Assembly: GCF_009914755.1 (NCBI RefSeq)
Contig: NC_060927.1
DNA: 64,000 nucleotides
Strand: one strand, 5' to 3'
Source of the DNA: the human T2T-CHM13v2.0 reference genome, Homo sapiens
The notes beneath the pieces were generated by a model, which had not been told where the DNA came from, searched no databases, and saw only the letters and a program-made list of their open reading frames with translations. Both the position numbers and the translations under genes were made by a program. Below are positions 40,401 to 54,308 of the stretch, in pieces. Numbering within the stretch: position 1 is the first letter of the stretch; each line of letters begins with the position of its first letter.

Positions 40401-42192
40401 TCTACTTGTTCAACTCTATTGCTGAGATTTTCCAGAGGATTTTGCATTTCTAAAAGTGTGTCCAAAGTTTTCTGAGTTTTTTATTGTTTTGTCTTTAAGC
40501 TATCTACGTCCTTGAATATTTCTCCCTTCACTTCTTGTATCATATTTTGAATTTCCTTGCATTAGGCTTCGCATTTCTCTGGTTCCTCCCTGATTAGCTT
40601 AATAACTGATCCCCTGAATTCTTTTTCAGGTAAATCAGGGATTTCTTCTTGGCTTGGATCAATTGCTGGTGAGCATGTGTGTTTTCTGGGGGGTGTTGAA
40701 GAGCCTTGTTTTCTCATAATACCAGGGAAGGTTTTCTGGTTCCTTCTCATTTGGGTAGGCTCTGTCAGAGGGAAGGTCTAGGGCTAAAGCCTGTTGTTCA
40801 GATTCTTTTGTCCCACAGGGTGTTCCCTTGATGTAGTACTCTCCCCCTATTCCTATGGATGTGGATTCCTCTGAGCTGAACTGCAGTGATTGTTGTCTCT
40901 CTTCCGGGTCTAGCCACCCAGAGAGTCTACCTGGCTCTGGACTGGTACTGGGTGTTGCCTGCCCAGCATCCTATGATGTGAACCATCTATGGGTCTCTCA
41001 GCCATGGATACCAGCACCTGTTCCAGTGGAGGTGGCGGAGGGGTGCAATGGACTCTGTGAGGTTCTTAGCTTTGGTGGTTTAATGCTCTATTTTTGTACT
41101 GGTTGGCCTCCTGCCAGGAGGTGGTGCTTTCCAGAGATCATCAGGTGTGGTAGTATGGGGGAGGAACTGGCGGTGGTCGGGGCCCTAGAACACCCAAGAT
41201 TATATGCCATTTGTCTTCCACTACTAGGGTGGGTAGGAAAGGACCATCAGGTGGGGGTGGGGCTAGGCGTGTCTGAGCTCAGACTGTCCTTGGGCAGGTC
41301 TTGCTGCAGCTGCTGTGGGGAATGGGAGTGAGGGTCTGAGTTCACTGGAGTTGTGTACCTAGAAGGATTATGGCTGCCTCTGCTGAGTCATGCAGGTTGT
41401 CAGGGAAGTGGGAGAAAGCCAGCAGTCACAAGCCTCATCCAGCTCCCACACAAACTGAAGGGCCTGTCTCACTCCCACCATGCCCCACCACCCAACAGCC
41501 CTCACACCCAGATCATTTCCAGGTGTGGAGCTATATGGGTTTGAAAACTTGTCCCAGGCTACCCGCCTCCCAACTGCAAAAAAAAAAAAAAAAAAAAAGT
41601 GGGGGCGGGGGCTTGGTTCTTCCCCTACCTGTGGAGTCTGCACACCAGATTTGCACCCTCCCCCAAATTCTGGACAGAAGGCTTCTCACCCCAATCAAAT
41701 GGTTACAAAGTTCAGCTAGAGATTTGCTTATCCCTGTGTAGTTTTACCCCTTGCTCTTTTGGATCCCTGTGGTGCAGGCAGGAATGGCCTGGTAGGTGAC
41801 CCAACAAGCTCCCAGGGCCTTTCTGCTTCTTCCTCTACCCCTGTATTTTGCTCGGCTCTCCAAATTAACTCAGCTCCAGGTAAAGTCGGAAACTTCTCAC
41901 GCAAACAGAACTTCAGCTTTCAGCTTCTCCAGTGGGGATGTATGTTTGGAAGAGGGGGTCTCTCTTTCCCACTTCAACAGTTGGGGCACTCAGTTTTTGT
42001 GGGTCGGGGGGGCGTCTCCCAGGTCCTGCAGGAGCAGTCTGCTTTCTTCAGAGGGTCTGTGGGTCCTCTCAGGATTTCTGGTTTGCTCTTGCAGTCCATC
42101 TGGAACTAAAATTCACAATGCGAGCCAGCCACTGCCTGTTGCTCTTTCTGGAGCTGCAATCTAGTCCTGCCTCCAGTCTGCCATAATCTCCC
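37488..42192 (-). mobile_element. Nested L1PB-type LINE-1 with an intact 5' end, internal deletions and no 3' end
   Basis: Minus-strand ORF2 fragments (38533-38856, 39071-39440) and ORF1 fragments (39978-40226, 40562-40750 MRRNQK...). The 5' terminus reads gggagattatggcagactggaggcaggactagattgcagctcc. Confidence 0.8.
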
Positions 42193-42319
42193 GCATTCTC
42201 TAACCGTTTTTGTTGGAACACTTTCAATAGGATTGGTATAAGTTCTTCTTTAAATGTTTAGTAGAATTCATCAGTGAAACCATCAGGTTCTGGGCTTCTT
42301 TATATTGGGAGACATTTTT

Positions 42320-42411
42320 GGTTTGTTTGTTTGTTTTGAGATGGGGTTTCACTCTTGTTGCCCAGGCTGGAGTGGAAAGGTACAGTTTCAGCTCACTGCA
42401 ACCTCTCCCTA
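42320..42411 (-). mobile_element. Severely 5'-truncated Alu (~92 bp) with a perfect 12-bp TSD
   Basis: ggagacattttt at 42308-42319 and 42412-42423 flank a (TTTG)n tail plus the Alu right-arm end. Confidence 0.88.
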
Positions 42412-42830
42412 GGAGACATTTTTATTATGGCTTCAATCTCATTGTTATTGGTATGTTCAGGTTTTGGACTTCTTCGTGGTTCAATCTTGGCAGGTTGTAT
42501 ATGCCTAGGCATTTATCCATTTCTTCTAGATTTTCCAGTTTATTGTTATATAATTGCCATAGTAGCCACTAATGATCCTCTGAATTTCTGAAGTATCAGT
42601 TGTAATGTCTTCTTTTTCATCACTGATTTTATCTATTTGGCTCTTCTCTCATTTTTCCTTAATCTGGTTAAAGGTTTGTCAATTTTCTTTATCTTTTCAA
42701 GAAACCAACTTTTTGTTTCATTGATCTTTTGTGTTGTTTTCTTCCATTCAAATTCATTTATTTCTGTTCTGATCATTAGTATTTCTTTTCTTCCACTAAT
42801 TTGAGGTTTGGTTTGTGCTTGCTTTTCTAG

Positions 42831-43087
42831 TTTTTTTTTTTTTTTTTTTTTTGAGATGGAGTCTAGTTCTGTTGCCCAGGCTTGAGTGCAGTGATGTAAT
42901 CTCAGCTCACTGCAACCTTCACCTCCTGGCTCAAGCAATTCTCCTGCCTCAGCCTCCCAAGTACCTGGGATTACAGGCACGCACCACTGCGCCCAACTAA
43001 TTTTTGTACTTTTAGTAGAGACGGGGTTTCACCTGCCTCAGCCTCCCAAAGTGCTGGGATTACAGGCATGAGCTATGGTGCCTGTCC
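42831..43087 (-). mobile_element. AluS with an internal left-arm deletion
   Basis: Poly-T and Alu body. The junction 'gggtttcacc|tgcctcagcc' lacks ~45 nt and has cacc microhomology. Confidence 0.9.
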
Positions 43088-46000
43088 TCTGGTTCTTTAA
43101 GATACAGGTTTTATTTATTTGAAGTTATTTTGTTTTTGTTTTTATTTCATGTAGGCACATATTGCTACAATTTCTCTCCTACTGCTTTCATTGTATCCTA
43201 TAGGTTTTGGTATATGGTATTTACATTATCATTTGTTTCAAGAAATTTTTCCATTTCCTTCTTAATTTATACATTGATACACTGGTCATTTGGGAGCATA
43301 CTGTTTAATTTACATGTGTTTTCCAAAATTTCTCTTGTTACTGATTTATAGTTTTATTTCACTGTGGTCAGAGAATATTCTTGACATTATTTCCAATTTT
43401 TGGATATTTTATGACTTGTTTTGTTACCTAACACATGGTCTATCTTTGAGAATAATCCATGTGCAGAGGAGAAGAATATGTATTCTGCAGCTGTTGGATG
43501 AAATGTTCTGTAAATATCTATTAGGTCCAGTTGTTCTATAGTGCATATTAAGTCTAGTGTTTCTTCATTGATTTTCTGTCTTCAAGATCTGCCCAATGCA
43601 GAAAGTGGAGTGTTGAAGTCTCCAGCTATTATTGTATTGAGGTCTATCTCTCTCTTTAGTTCTAATAATATTTGCGTTATATATCTGGGTACTCCAGTGT
43701 TGGTACGTATATATTTGTCACCATTATACCCTCTTGCTGAATTGACCCCTTTATCATTATATAATGACCTTCTTCTTACAGTTTTTGTCTTGAAATCTAT
43801 TGTGTCTGATAAAGTATAGCTACTCCTGCTCTTTTTTGGTTTCCATTGTCATAGAATATCTTTTTTCCATTCCTTTATTTTCAGTTCATGTGTATCTTTC
43901 AGGTAAAGTAAGTTTCTTATAGGCAACACATCATTGGGCTTTATTTTTCCATCCATTCAGCCATTCTGTCTTTTAATTGGAGAGTTTAGTTCATTTACAT
44001 TCAATGTTGTTGATAAGGACTTACTCCTGCCATTTCATTATTTGTTTTCTGGTTGTTTTGTAGTCTTCTCTTCTGTCTTTCCTTCCTTCCTCTCTTCCTT
44101 TTAGTGAAGGTGATTTTCTCTGCTGGTATGCTTTAATTTACGCTTTTTATTTTTTTATATCTTTTGTATGTTTTTCAATTTGATGTTCCCATGAGACTTG
44201 CAAGTAATATGTTATAACCCATCATTTTAAACTGATGGCAACTTAACACTGATTACATAAACAAAGAAATGCACAACATGAAAACTAATAAAAACTCTAT
44301 ACTTTAAACTATGAACCTGCTTTTTAACTTTTTGTTGTTTCTCTTTATGTCTTACTGTACTGTCTGTGTCTTGAAAAGTTGTTATAGTTACTATTTTTGG
44401 TTGATTCATCATTTAGTCTTTCTACTTAAGTCAGGAAAAGTTTACACACCACCATTACAGTGTTATACTATTCTGTGCTTTTTTCTGTGTTTATACCAGT
44501 GAGCTTTATACTTTCACAGTCAACAATCTCAGCAGTTTACCTGAGGTTCTATTCTACTGCAGCTAAGTTGGCACTCAGACCACAAGACAAAGTCCTTCCC
44601 ACTCTTCTCTTCCCTTTCTATAGGCAGAGGTCTCTGTGGCCTTGACCACCCCTAGTCCATGGGGATTTCTACTCGGCCACCACCAATGTTTGCCTAAAGC
44701 CCAAGGGCTCTTCCATCGGCTTATGATGAATGCTGTCAGGCCTGGGACTCACCCTTCAGGATACTGGGCTCCCATCTGGCCCATGCCAGGCCAAGTCTAG
44801 AAATACTGTTCAAGAATCTAGGTCTGGACTTCAGGTCCCCACGAACCTGCTTGTTGCTCTATTCCACTGTGGCCAAGCTGGTAGCCAGGGTACAAGACAA
44901 AGTCCCCTTTACTTTTCCCTCTGCTTTGCAAAATGCAATTTTTCATCATTTTCATTGTAGTTGCCACAGCTGAGAATGTGCTGGGTCTCCCCTGAAGCCA
45001 GCACATCTTAGAGTCCAAGGCCTGTGGTGTACTCCCTTGGTATCACTGGAGATTATTCAGGGTCTGAGGGCTCTTCAGTTAGCAGGTGATGAATCCTGCC
45101 AGGACTGGGTTCTCGTCCCTTCAAGGCAGCAGATTCACTTTTGGCTCAGGTTGTGTCAAGAAATATCATCTAGGAGCTAGGACCTGAAATGGGGGGCTCA
45201 CAACTCTGTTCAGTGCCCTCTCCTACTGTGGCTGAGCTGGTAGCCAAGAAGCAAGACAAAGCCCTCCTTACTCTTCACTCTCTTTCATTATGCAGAAGGA
45301 AGGAGTCACTTTTGTTGCTATGAGCTGCATAGCCTGGGGTTGTGGGAGGGATGGTGCAAGCTCTCCCTTAGCTGTGCCAGGTGGTGTCTCTCTAGGTCAT
45401 GTGCCATGCTTGTTCACTGACTCTAAGCCCAGCCTAGCACTAGCTGCTGCCTACAAATTGTAGTCCTTGTGTCCTAGATTGCCTTTCAAGTTTACCTATG
45501 ACCCCCAGGCACTTCAGCTCAATGTGGCATGGCTTCCCAAGGAAGTCAAGTTCTGACCGCTGGAATGGATGATTCCCCTCTGGAATGTGGCTGGTCCAAA
45601 TGCTTCCTCCATGCATGGGCACTGGCTGAGCCCAGCACAGCTTTATTCTCTGCTGTGACCAGGTAGCACTGAGTTGAATGTGAAGTCCTCTAGTTGATGT
45701 GCTCTCCCTCCCCAGAGAGCACAGATTCTCTCTCCACACTCCAGGGTTGCTGCCAGGAGGTGGGGGAAGGGTGGCATTGGTAATTCAGTATGTCTCTCTT
45801 GCCCTTTTCAATACCTCTTTCCACAACATGAAGTTAAAACCAGGTACTGTGATTACTCACCTGAGTTTTGGTTCCTGCCACGGTGCTTTCCTATGTGTAG
45901 ACAGTTGTTAAAATTTGGTGTTCCAGTGTCGGGGAGGATGGGTAAATGAATGATGTAGGCTTCTGTTTTGCCATGTTTCTCCTCCCCTTTTTTCTCAACT

Positions 46001-46095
46001 TTTGAAGGTATATTTGTAAAAATAATGGATTAAACCATATAAAGTTGCCAATATTCTACTTTTTTTGGTCTACAAAAGGGTAATTTCGTACAGTT

Positions 46096-46603
46096 TGTAA
46101 GATACAATGAATCTTTGTGAGTCTCTCTTCAAAAGGTTTAGCCTGTTAACTTCCTTACCCTTTGTTCTCCAACTTAACTTTCTTGTTTCTCCTTGCCAAA
46201 AGTTACTATAAACAGCTTACCCCCTTCCCGTCAGTTCTAATCAATAACTCACATCTCTTCCCTTGGTTACCTGTACCCATTTTTCCCTTGAAACTGCACG
46301 TCTCACAAGCTCCACCACTGTACCTCACATCCCCCTCCCTTCCATATTTAGAAAAATATTTACAAGTAGCCAATTGGGTCAGCTCAGATTTTGCGGTCCA
46401 ACCCCAGCCCACGGGGGAAGAACACAGAAATAGGGATGACGTTAAGGGTATAAAAAACTCCCGGTCCCCTTTGTTCAGTGTGCACTTGCAATCTTGATTG
46501 ACGTGAGTGGCACCCTTTTGCAAAAGTAAATTGCCTTGCTGAGGAAACTAAATTTATATTCGAGTGCTGTTTCTTTTGAGGCATCGGAAATTCATTTATA
46601 ACA
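46096..46603 (+). repeat. 5' LTR (LTR10-like)
   Basis: tgtaagatac...ttataaca, with CCAAT, TATAAAA (~46449) and AGTAAA (~46525). Confidence 0.92.
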
Positions 46604-46606
46604 ATT

Positions 46607-46624
46607 TGGTGGCTCGTATGGGGA
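46607..46624 (+). promoter_or_regulatory. Primer-binding site, tRNA-Ile(AAU)
   Basis: tggtggctcgtatgggga vs tRNA-Ile complement TGGTGGCCCGTACGGGGA (16/18). Confidence 0.85.
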
Positions 46625-47219
46625 GCCCATTCTTCTCTGGGGAGGGATTTCCGGTCCTTTCCCGTGAGAAGGCACGCCCCGCCACCTCATTGCAGTGGCT
46701 TCAGGTTGAGGAATCGAGACCCACCCAGTGTGATGAATAAACCCGGCCTCTCAGCAACCCGGGAAAGGAACAAGCCGGCAGCTTGGGAAAATGGGGCTCA
46801 CATACTGCAGCGACCAGGTAAACTCTGTGCACAAACCAAGGTAAGAAAAGTCACAGGGGCGACAAAGTATTTCCTTGGAAGTTGAAAGTGTGTGAATGGT
46901 AACAATTACCACTGCTGTGCGGAGTAAGTCCAATCTGCGGTTCCACGGTCACCTCATATGGCTTAGGGTGGCCCTTTGGGGGTCCCGTCAGGGGTTTATA
47001 CTGGCCCACCATCCATGATAAGAGGGACCTGAAATATTTCTGCAAGGGAAGCATCCAGAGTGGACGAAGCTAAAGAAGGGTACAAGGAACCTTCAGCAGG
47101 TAGGGCTAAAGGATAGGCAAGAGATTCCTCATACAAGGGAATTGAGCGTTAATAAGCCTCCAGGGAAGGATAGGCAAGAAATTTCTAATATGAGAAATTG
47201 AGCCTAACTAGGACCCAAC

Positions 47220-48908
47220 ATGGGAAATACCCCAAGTATTATGAGAAGTGAAAAGGATAAAGATAGCAATAAATATATTCCCCCAGATAGTCCCCTAGGT
47301 CTCATGTTAAAATATTGGAAAGGTATTGAGAGAACTAAACATAAGAAAAAGCAACAAATGATAAAATATTGCTGTTTTGTTTGGACCCAGGGTCCACTCC
47401 TCAAGCCCTCAATCTTCTGGCCAGTTTGGGTCAAATGAGGATGTAATGTATCAACTCCTAATTCAACATGTAAATGATAAAAGTTCAGTGTTCTCAAGAG
47501 AAACTGGACTATGCTCTTTGTTAGAGACAGGGACCTGTTCTCCTCTATCCCTTAAAAACAACTAGGGAAAAGCCCGATCTAGCATCCGACAATGAAGACT
47601 CAAAAAACCTGGTTTCCATGGCTAAGGACTCCAGCGCATGGGATCCCCTAGACCACCTTCCCCCACTCATTGCCCCCAATCCTTCCCCTCAGGCAGCTGC
47701 TGCTGCCCTGGATCCTGCCCCAGATCCTTCTTCTCCTTACGTTATTCCTCCTCCTTATAATCCTGATTCTTGGGAATCATCATGCCATAAACCTGTTCCC
47801 TCTCAGCCTAAGTGCCCCTCCCTGAAGGAACTCCAACATGAAGTAGAACAATGTAAAAGAGATATCCAAAATTTCTCATTTCCCTCCACATCTATGGAGT
47901 CAGCTCTGACTCTCTTCCGCTTGAGAGAGGTACCACAAGGAGGAGGTGCTATTGGCTTTGTAAGTGCTCCCCTAACTAGTTCACAAGTCTGGAATTTAAA
48001 GAAGGAACTTAAGCCATTATTAGATGACCCTTATGGGTTAGCAGATCAAGTTGATCAATCCCTGGGACCTCAGTTACACACCTGGGTTGAGTTAATGTCC
48101 ATTTTAGGCATTCTCTTCTCGGGGGAAGAAAGAGGGATGATCAGTAGGGCTGCTATGGTAATTTGGGAGCGTGAACACCCTCCCAGTCAAGACGTTCCTA
48201 CCGCAGATCAAAAGCTTCCTGGCCAAGACCCCTGGTGGGACAATAATAACCCAGCTCACTTGGAAAATATACAAGACCTAAGGGAGATGATAATAAAGAG
48301 AATTAGGGAATCAGTACCCTGAACCCACAACCTCTCTAAAGCACTTGATATACAACAGGAAAAAGATGAGGGGCCTATGAAATTTCTAAACAGATTGAAG
48401 GACCAAACGAGACAATATTCAGGCCTAAACTTAGAAGACCCCCTTGGACAAGGAATGTTAAAACTCCACTTTGTCACTAAGAGTTGGCCAGATATTTCAA
48501 AGAAGATACAAAAATTAGAAAATTGGGAAGACCGACCTCTGAGTGAACTTCTCAGAGAAGATCAATAAGTATATGTTAGAAGAGATGAAGAGAAACAAAA
48601 ACAAAGGGCAAAACTTGGTGGAACCAAATCCACATACTTCTAAACAAAGCTTCCAGGGGGCCGGAAACTATACCAGGTCCAGACCCCCGTTTAAAAGAAC
48701 CAAGCCTCCATCTAGAGGACCCAGACCCTCATCTACCAGACCCTCTAAAGAGTATGGGGGAACAACGTTGCAAAGTCCTGGAGCTGGGAGAGAAGAAGGA
48801 CAAGAGAGGTGTTACAGATGTGGAAGGGCAGGCCACTTCAAAAGAGAATGTCCCAAATTACAAAGGGAGAGACAAGCCCTTTCCCTCATTACCTCTGAGG
48901 AGGAGTAG
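47220..48908 (+). pseudogene. gag: HERV-I gag, disrupted
   Basis: MGNTPS myristoylation-type start, PPPY late domain, capsid fragments, single zinc knuckle CYRCGRAGHFKREC. Ends TAG-GGG at the gammaretroviral read-through junction. Confidence 0.9.
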
Positions 48909-51900
48909 GGGGCTCAGGGGCTCTGTCTCTTTTACTTCAAGTCCCACCAGAAGCCCTTGATACATTTAGAAGTGGGACCCAATCATGAGCTTATCACCTT
49001 TCTAGTCGATTCAGGGGCCGCTCGCTACTCTGTTTCCCTCTATCTGACATTGCCTGCTCTTCAGAAGACCTTTGAGTCTCTGGGATAAAAGTGGAAGGGT
49101 TTAAAGCAAAAGTCTTAGAAAGTACAGAAGTTAAATTCTAAGATTGATTGACTCATATCCAATTTTTATTGATCCCTGAGGCAGGAACTAACTTATTAGG
49201 AAGAGAATTAATGTTGAAGTTAGGCATAGTCTTATAAGTTAGTCTAAAAGGATTCCTTGCCTCATTAAATTTACTCACCACCACAGATGAGAAATGTATT
49301 CACTCGTTGTGAAGGAAACCAAGGAAAACTTCAGATTCCCACAATCCACATCAAGCTAAAAACCCCAGAGGAAGTGGTGAGGAGGAAGTAATTCTCTATT
49401 CCTTCAGAAGGACAGATAGGGTTAAAGCCCATAATTGAAAGTGTCATGAAAGATGGGCTTCTTGAGCCTTGTATGTCTCTTTATAACACCCCAATACTGC
49501 CCGTCAAGAAATCAGATGGGTCATACCGGTTAGTACAAAATCTTAGAGCTATCAACCAAATAGTACCAACTATTCACCCTGTTGTCCCTAACCCTTACAC
49601 TATTCTCAGTAAAATTCCATATATCCATCAATGGATTACTGTAACAGACTCAAAGCATGCTTTCTGGGCATGTCCCCTAGCTGAAGATAGCTGAGGCACA
49701 TTCACTTTTAAGTGGGAAGACACCCAGTCAGGGTAAAAACAACAGTATCAGCAGACAGTTTTGCCCCAAGGGTTTGCAGACTCACCCAACCTCTTTAGTC
49801 AGATTTTAGAACAAGTGCTAGGAAAGGTTTCTGTTCCAAAGCATACATGCATGCTCCAATATGTTGATGATATCCTCATATCAGGAGAGGATGTGGAAAA
49901 AGTAACCAGTTTTTCCATACATATCCTTGATCATCTACATTCTGAGGGGCTACAAGTCTCAAAGAAAAAGCTTCAGTATGCAGAACCTGAGGTCAAATAT
50001 TTAGGCCATTTCGTAAGTGCAGGCAAGTGGAGAATAGTGCCGGAGCAAGTTGAAGGCATCGTGTATTTACCCTTGCCTCAAACTAAGCATGAGCTCAGAA
50101 AATTTCTAGGATTAGTTGGATACTGCCGCTTATGGATTGACTCATATGCCTTACACAGTAAGCTGCTATACCAGAAGCCTACTCCAGAAAAACCTGACCA
50201 TCTCCTGTGGACTTCTGAGGAAGTCAACCAAATTGAGGAATTAAAAGAAAGGCTTATGACTGCCCTAGTTTTAGCTTCGCCTTCTCTAGAAAAGCCCTTT
50301 CACCTTTTTGTCAGTGTAAATAATGGAGTGGCTATAGGAGTGCTTACCCAAGAGCACAGTGGCTGCCGGCAGCCTGTAGCCTTCTTATCAAAGGTTTTAG
50401 ACCCAGTCACTTGTGGATGGCCTCAATGCATCCACTCTGTTGCTGCTATGGCAATATTAGTTGAAGAAAGCAGAAAGTTAACTTTAGGGGTAAAGTTGAC
50501 TGCAAGCACACCCCACGAAGTTAGAGCAATACTAAATCAAAAAGCTGGGAGGTGGCTTACTGACTCCAGAATCCTGAAATATGAAGTTATTTTGCTGGAA
50601 AAAGATGATTTAACCTTAACTACTGATAATTCACTCAACCCAGCAGGTTTCTTAACAGGAGATCCAACTCTAAACAGGGAGCACCTATGTCTCAATTTAA
50701 TTGACTACCAAAGGTCAGACCAGACCTAGGGGATACCACCTTCAAAACAGGATGACACTTATTCATAGATGGTTCCTCCTGGGTGATTGAGGGAAAAAGA
50801 CACAATGGGTATTCAGTAATTGATGGGGAAACTCTTGAAGAAATAGAGTCAGGCAAATTGCCTAATAATTGGTCTGCCCAAACTTGTGAGTTGTTTGCAC
50901 TCATCCAAGCTTTAAAGTAATTGCAGGAAGGAACCATCCATATTGATTCTAAATATGCCTTTGGGGTGGCCCATACATTTGGAAAAATTTGGACTAAACA
51001 AGGTCTTATTAATAGCAAAAGCCAAGACCTTGTTCACAAGGAGTTAATCACCCAAGTATTAGATAATCTTCAGTTTCCTGAAGAAATAGCTATTGTTCAT
51101 GTTTCCAGACAACAGAAAAGCCTTTCTTTTGAAAGCTAGGGAAACAACTTAGCAGATCAGATAGCCAAGCAGGCTGCCGTTTCATCTGGAACACCTGTCT
51201 TTCACTTAACCCCTTGTCTTCCTCTACTGCAGTCCCTGTCTTCTCAGCCGTGGAAAAAGAAAAATTAATAAAAATAGGGGCCAAAGAAAACTCAGAAGGA
51301 AAATGGGTATTACCAGACCAAAGGGAAATGCTATCCAAACCTCTCCTGAGAGAAATCCTGCCTCACTTGCATCAAGGGACCCACTGGGGACCCAAAGCCA
51401 TGTGTGACGTAGTTCTCAGAGTTCATGGGTGTATAGGAATTTATACCTTGGCCAAACAAGTCATGGACAGTTGCTTAATATGTAAAAAAAACCCAACAAA
51501 CAAGTTATAAAGAAATCTCCCTTGGTGGGGAGGAATCCAGGGCTAAGACCATTCCAAAGTATTCAGAGTGACTACACGGAAATGCCCCCAGTTGCTCATC
51601 TAAAGTATTTGTTATTAATAGTAGATCACCTCACTCACTGGATCGAAGCTATTCCCTTTTCAAATGCAACGGCCAATAATGTAGTAAAAGCACTAATTGA
51701 AAATACAGTGCCTAGATTGGGACTAACAGAGAACACTGACTCAGACAATGGAACCCATTTCACAGCACACATCATTAAAAAGTTGTCCCAAGACCTAGAC
51801 ATTAAATGGGAATATCATACACCTTGGCATCCATCTTCATCAGGGAGAGTAGAAAGGATGAATCAAACTTTAAAAAATCACTTAACCAAATTAGTTCTAG

Positions 51901-52377
51901 AGACTCAGTTACCATGGACCAAATGTCTTCCTATTTATTGCCCTGTTAAGAATCCAAACTGCACCTCAGAAGGATATAGGCCTTTCTCCTTATGAAATGC
52001 CCTATGGACTGCCCTATTTACACTCCACTACCTATATCCCTACGTTTGAGACAAAAGATCAATTCCTCAGGAATTACATATTTGGTCTCTCCTTTACCTT
52101 CTCTTCTCTTAAAGCCAAAGGTCTCATGGTACAGGCACCACTCCTAGAGTTCCTGGTCCATTAGCATCAGCCCAGGGATCATATCCTCATCAAAAGCTGG
52201 AAAGAATGCAAACTTGAGCCAGCCTGGGAAGGACCCTATCTAGTGCTCCTGACCACTGAACTGCAGTCCGGACAGCAGAGACTTGACACTTGAGTCAAGA
52301 AAGCACCGTCCACCCCGAAGTCATGGGCCATTATTCCAGGGGAAAACCCCCTCAAACTAAAGCTAAGAAAAATTTAA
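48909..52377 (+). pseudogene. pol: HERV-I pro-pol (PR, RT, RNase H, IN), disrupted
   Basis: PR FLVDSGA (~49000). RT LPQGF...QYVDD (49761-50729 segment). RNase H LFIDGSS. IN HQGTHWG...C..C and D(YTEMP)...DSDNGTHF...ERMN. Several stops and frameshifts. Confidence 0.92.
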
Positions 52378-54289
52378 CTCTCTTCCATTCTTCTTTTCAC
52401 CTTCCAATGCTGACCACCTTGTTATTAATTAACTAAATCAAACACACCCCAAGTTATTACATTTGACGCTTGTCTAGTCATACCCTGTAGAGATCTCCAA
52501 AGTCAGAGGCAACTCTCAGCCTCAGAAAAGTATCTCTGCCCCTTTAAAGTGAAAGGCGCCCCCTACCAAGACTCTTGTTCCTTAACAAATGTAGGAAAAC
52601 AAGTCTGTCATAGCTGGAATGATGTCCTGTGGAAAACCGAATATCAAGGCTGGACCTCATCAGCGAGTGGTTGTATATCCTTAAAACCATATATTCGTTT
52701 TACTAAGGAGAGCACCTCCCCCAGTTGCCAGTGTAACCAATGTAATCCCATATACATTTCTATTCTCATTCCCACCTCTACTGATCCTAAACCTACTTTA
52801 AGTCGCTTCTATAACATAGGAGCCAACTTGGCTGCACAGACCTCATAGGGTCTTTTGAAATGCGTTTTATTAATCCTTCATTCTCTTCACCCCCTTCCTT
52901 CTCTTCTCCTTCTGAGCTTTCTTCTAATCAGACTGCCATCTCTTCTATACCTAATGATAATACTAAAGTAGATATTGTAGCAGTAGATGGTCTAAGGCAA
53001 ACTTTAGAAATTGAAACAGGATATCAAGATGTAAACGCCTGGTTGGAATGGATCAAATATTCTGTCTCACATTAAATAAAAGCAATTGTTATGCTTGTGC
53101 ACATGGCTGGCCAGAGGCCCAGATCATCCCCTTTCCACTCAGATGGTCTCCCAGTCAACTGGGCATGGGCTGCATGGTAGCTCTTTTCTAAGATTCCATG
53201 GCTTGGGGCAACAAATTGTGGCAAGCTCTCTCTCTGCTATATCCCAAAGTGCAACACCCTGTGGGTCAGCCCCCAAGGGCCATTCAGCTTCGGTCTTCTG
53301 CTCATTTCACCTCGTGTCTCTCATGACAGGGGGAGAACTTAGTGTTCCTTGGCAGCTTAGCAGGACGCAGTGAGCTTAAGCCTTTGCAGGAGCTTACCCA
53401 TCAGTCGCCCCTTAGTCATCCTCAAGCAGATGTATGGTGGTGTTATGGTGGACCCTTACTGGACACTCTGCCAGGTAACTGGAGCGGTACTTGTGCTCTT
53501 GTCCAATTGGCTATCCCTTTCACCCTGGCAGTTCATCAACCAGAAAAAGAAAAAACACAACGCCACAAAATAAAAGAAGCCCCTTATGGGTCTTTTGACT
53601 CTGACGTTTATTTAGATGCAATTGGAGTCCCACAGGGGGTACCTGATAGATTCAAAGCCTGAGATCAAATAGCTGCAGGATTTGAATCATTATTTCCATG
53701 GGTAACTATTAATAAAAATGTAGATTGGATAAATTATATCTACTATAATCAGCAATGATTTATTAATTACACTAGAAATGCTGTCAAAGGAATAGTTGAG
53801 CAATTAGGACCTACTAGCCAAATGGCTTGGGAAAACAGAATGGCCCTAGACATGACGTTAGCTGAAAAAGGTGGAGTTTGTATTATGATCAAAACCCAAT
53901 GTTGTACCTTTATCCCAAACAATACTGCCCCCGACAGAAGCATAACAAAGGCCTTACAGAGACTGACTGCTTTGTCCAATGAACTAGCTAAAAATTCTGG
54001 AATTGATAGCCCTCTTTCAGGATGGCTAGAAAGATGATTTGGTAAATGGAAAGGAGTCATGGCCCCAATCTTCACTTCTCTTGCAGTCATGATAGGTGTG
54101 CTTATTCTTGTTGGGTGTTGCATCATACCATGCATCCGTGGGCTAGTACAAAGGCTTATAAAGACAACACTCACTAAAACCTCCCTTAGTTCTCCTCCAC
54201 CCTATTCAGATAAGCTTTTCCTTTTAGAAGACCAAGTTGAACAGCAAAGCCAGAACATGTTAAAAAGGTCTGAAGAGAAAAGATTATAA
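52320..54289 (+). pseudogene. env: HERV-I env, disrupted
   Basis: Cys-rich SU fragments, CYAC, ISD-like WENRMALDMTLAEKGGVC, CX6CC (CIMIKTQCC), TM helix IFTSLAVMIGVLILVGCC. Multiple stops. Start approximate. Confidence 0.88.
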
Positions 54290-54308
54290 AAATTTAAAAG
54301 GGAGGAAT

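Larger units (their letters stand above)
35458..45986 (-). mobile_element. Composite L1MA block: end-to-end old L1 with two tandem 3' ends, a nested L1PB and two Alus
   Basis: L1MA 3' ends at ~35458-36100 and ~36110-36960. ORF2 pieces at 36960-37490 and 42195-44100. 5' UTR ~44520-45986. Degenerate 17-bp TSD cttttctctcaattttt (35441-35457) / cttttttctcaactttt (45987-46003). Confidence 0.8.

Noticed and set aside
40855-42186. Cluster of overlapping 60-160 aa ORFs
   Set aside because: These are chance ORFs in the GC-richer L1PB 5' UTR.
46178-46210. p53 or AP-1 sites reported for some LTR10 subfamilies
   Set aside because: Only bare CTTG cores with non-matching flanks are present, and neither LTR contains TGAGTCA.
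49761-50729. 322-aa RT ORF as a functional reverse transcriptase
   Set aside because: There are upstream in-frame stops, no true ATG, and the N-terminal RT motifs are cut off.
52320-54289. HERV env as a domesticated syncytin-like gene
   Set aside because: It has multiple stops and frameshifts, the furin site is degenerate, and the longest piece is ~106 aa.
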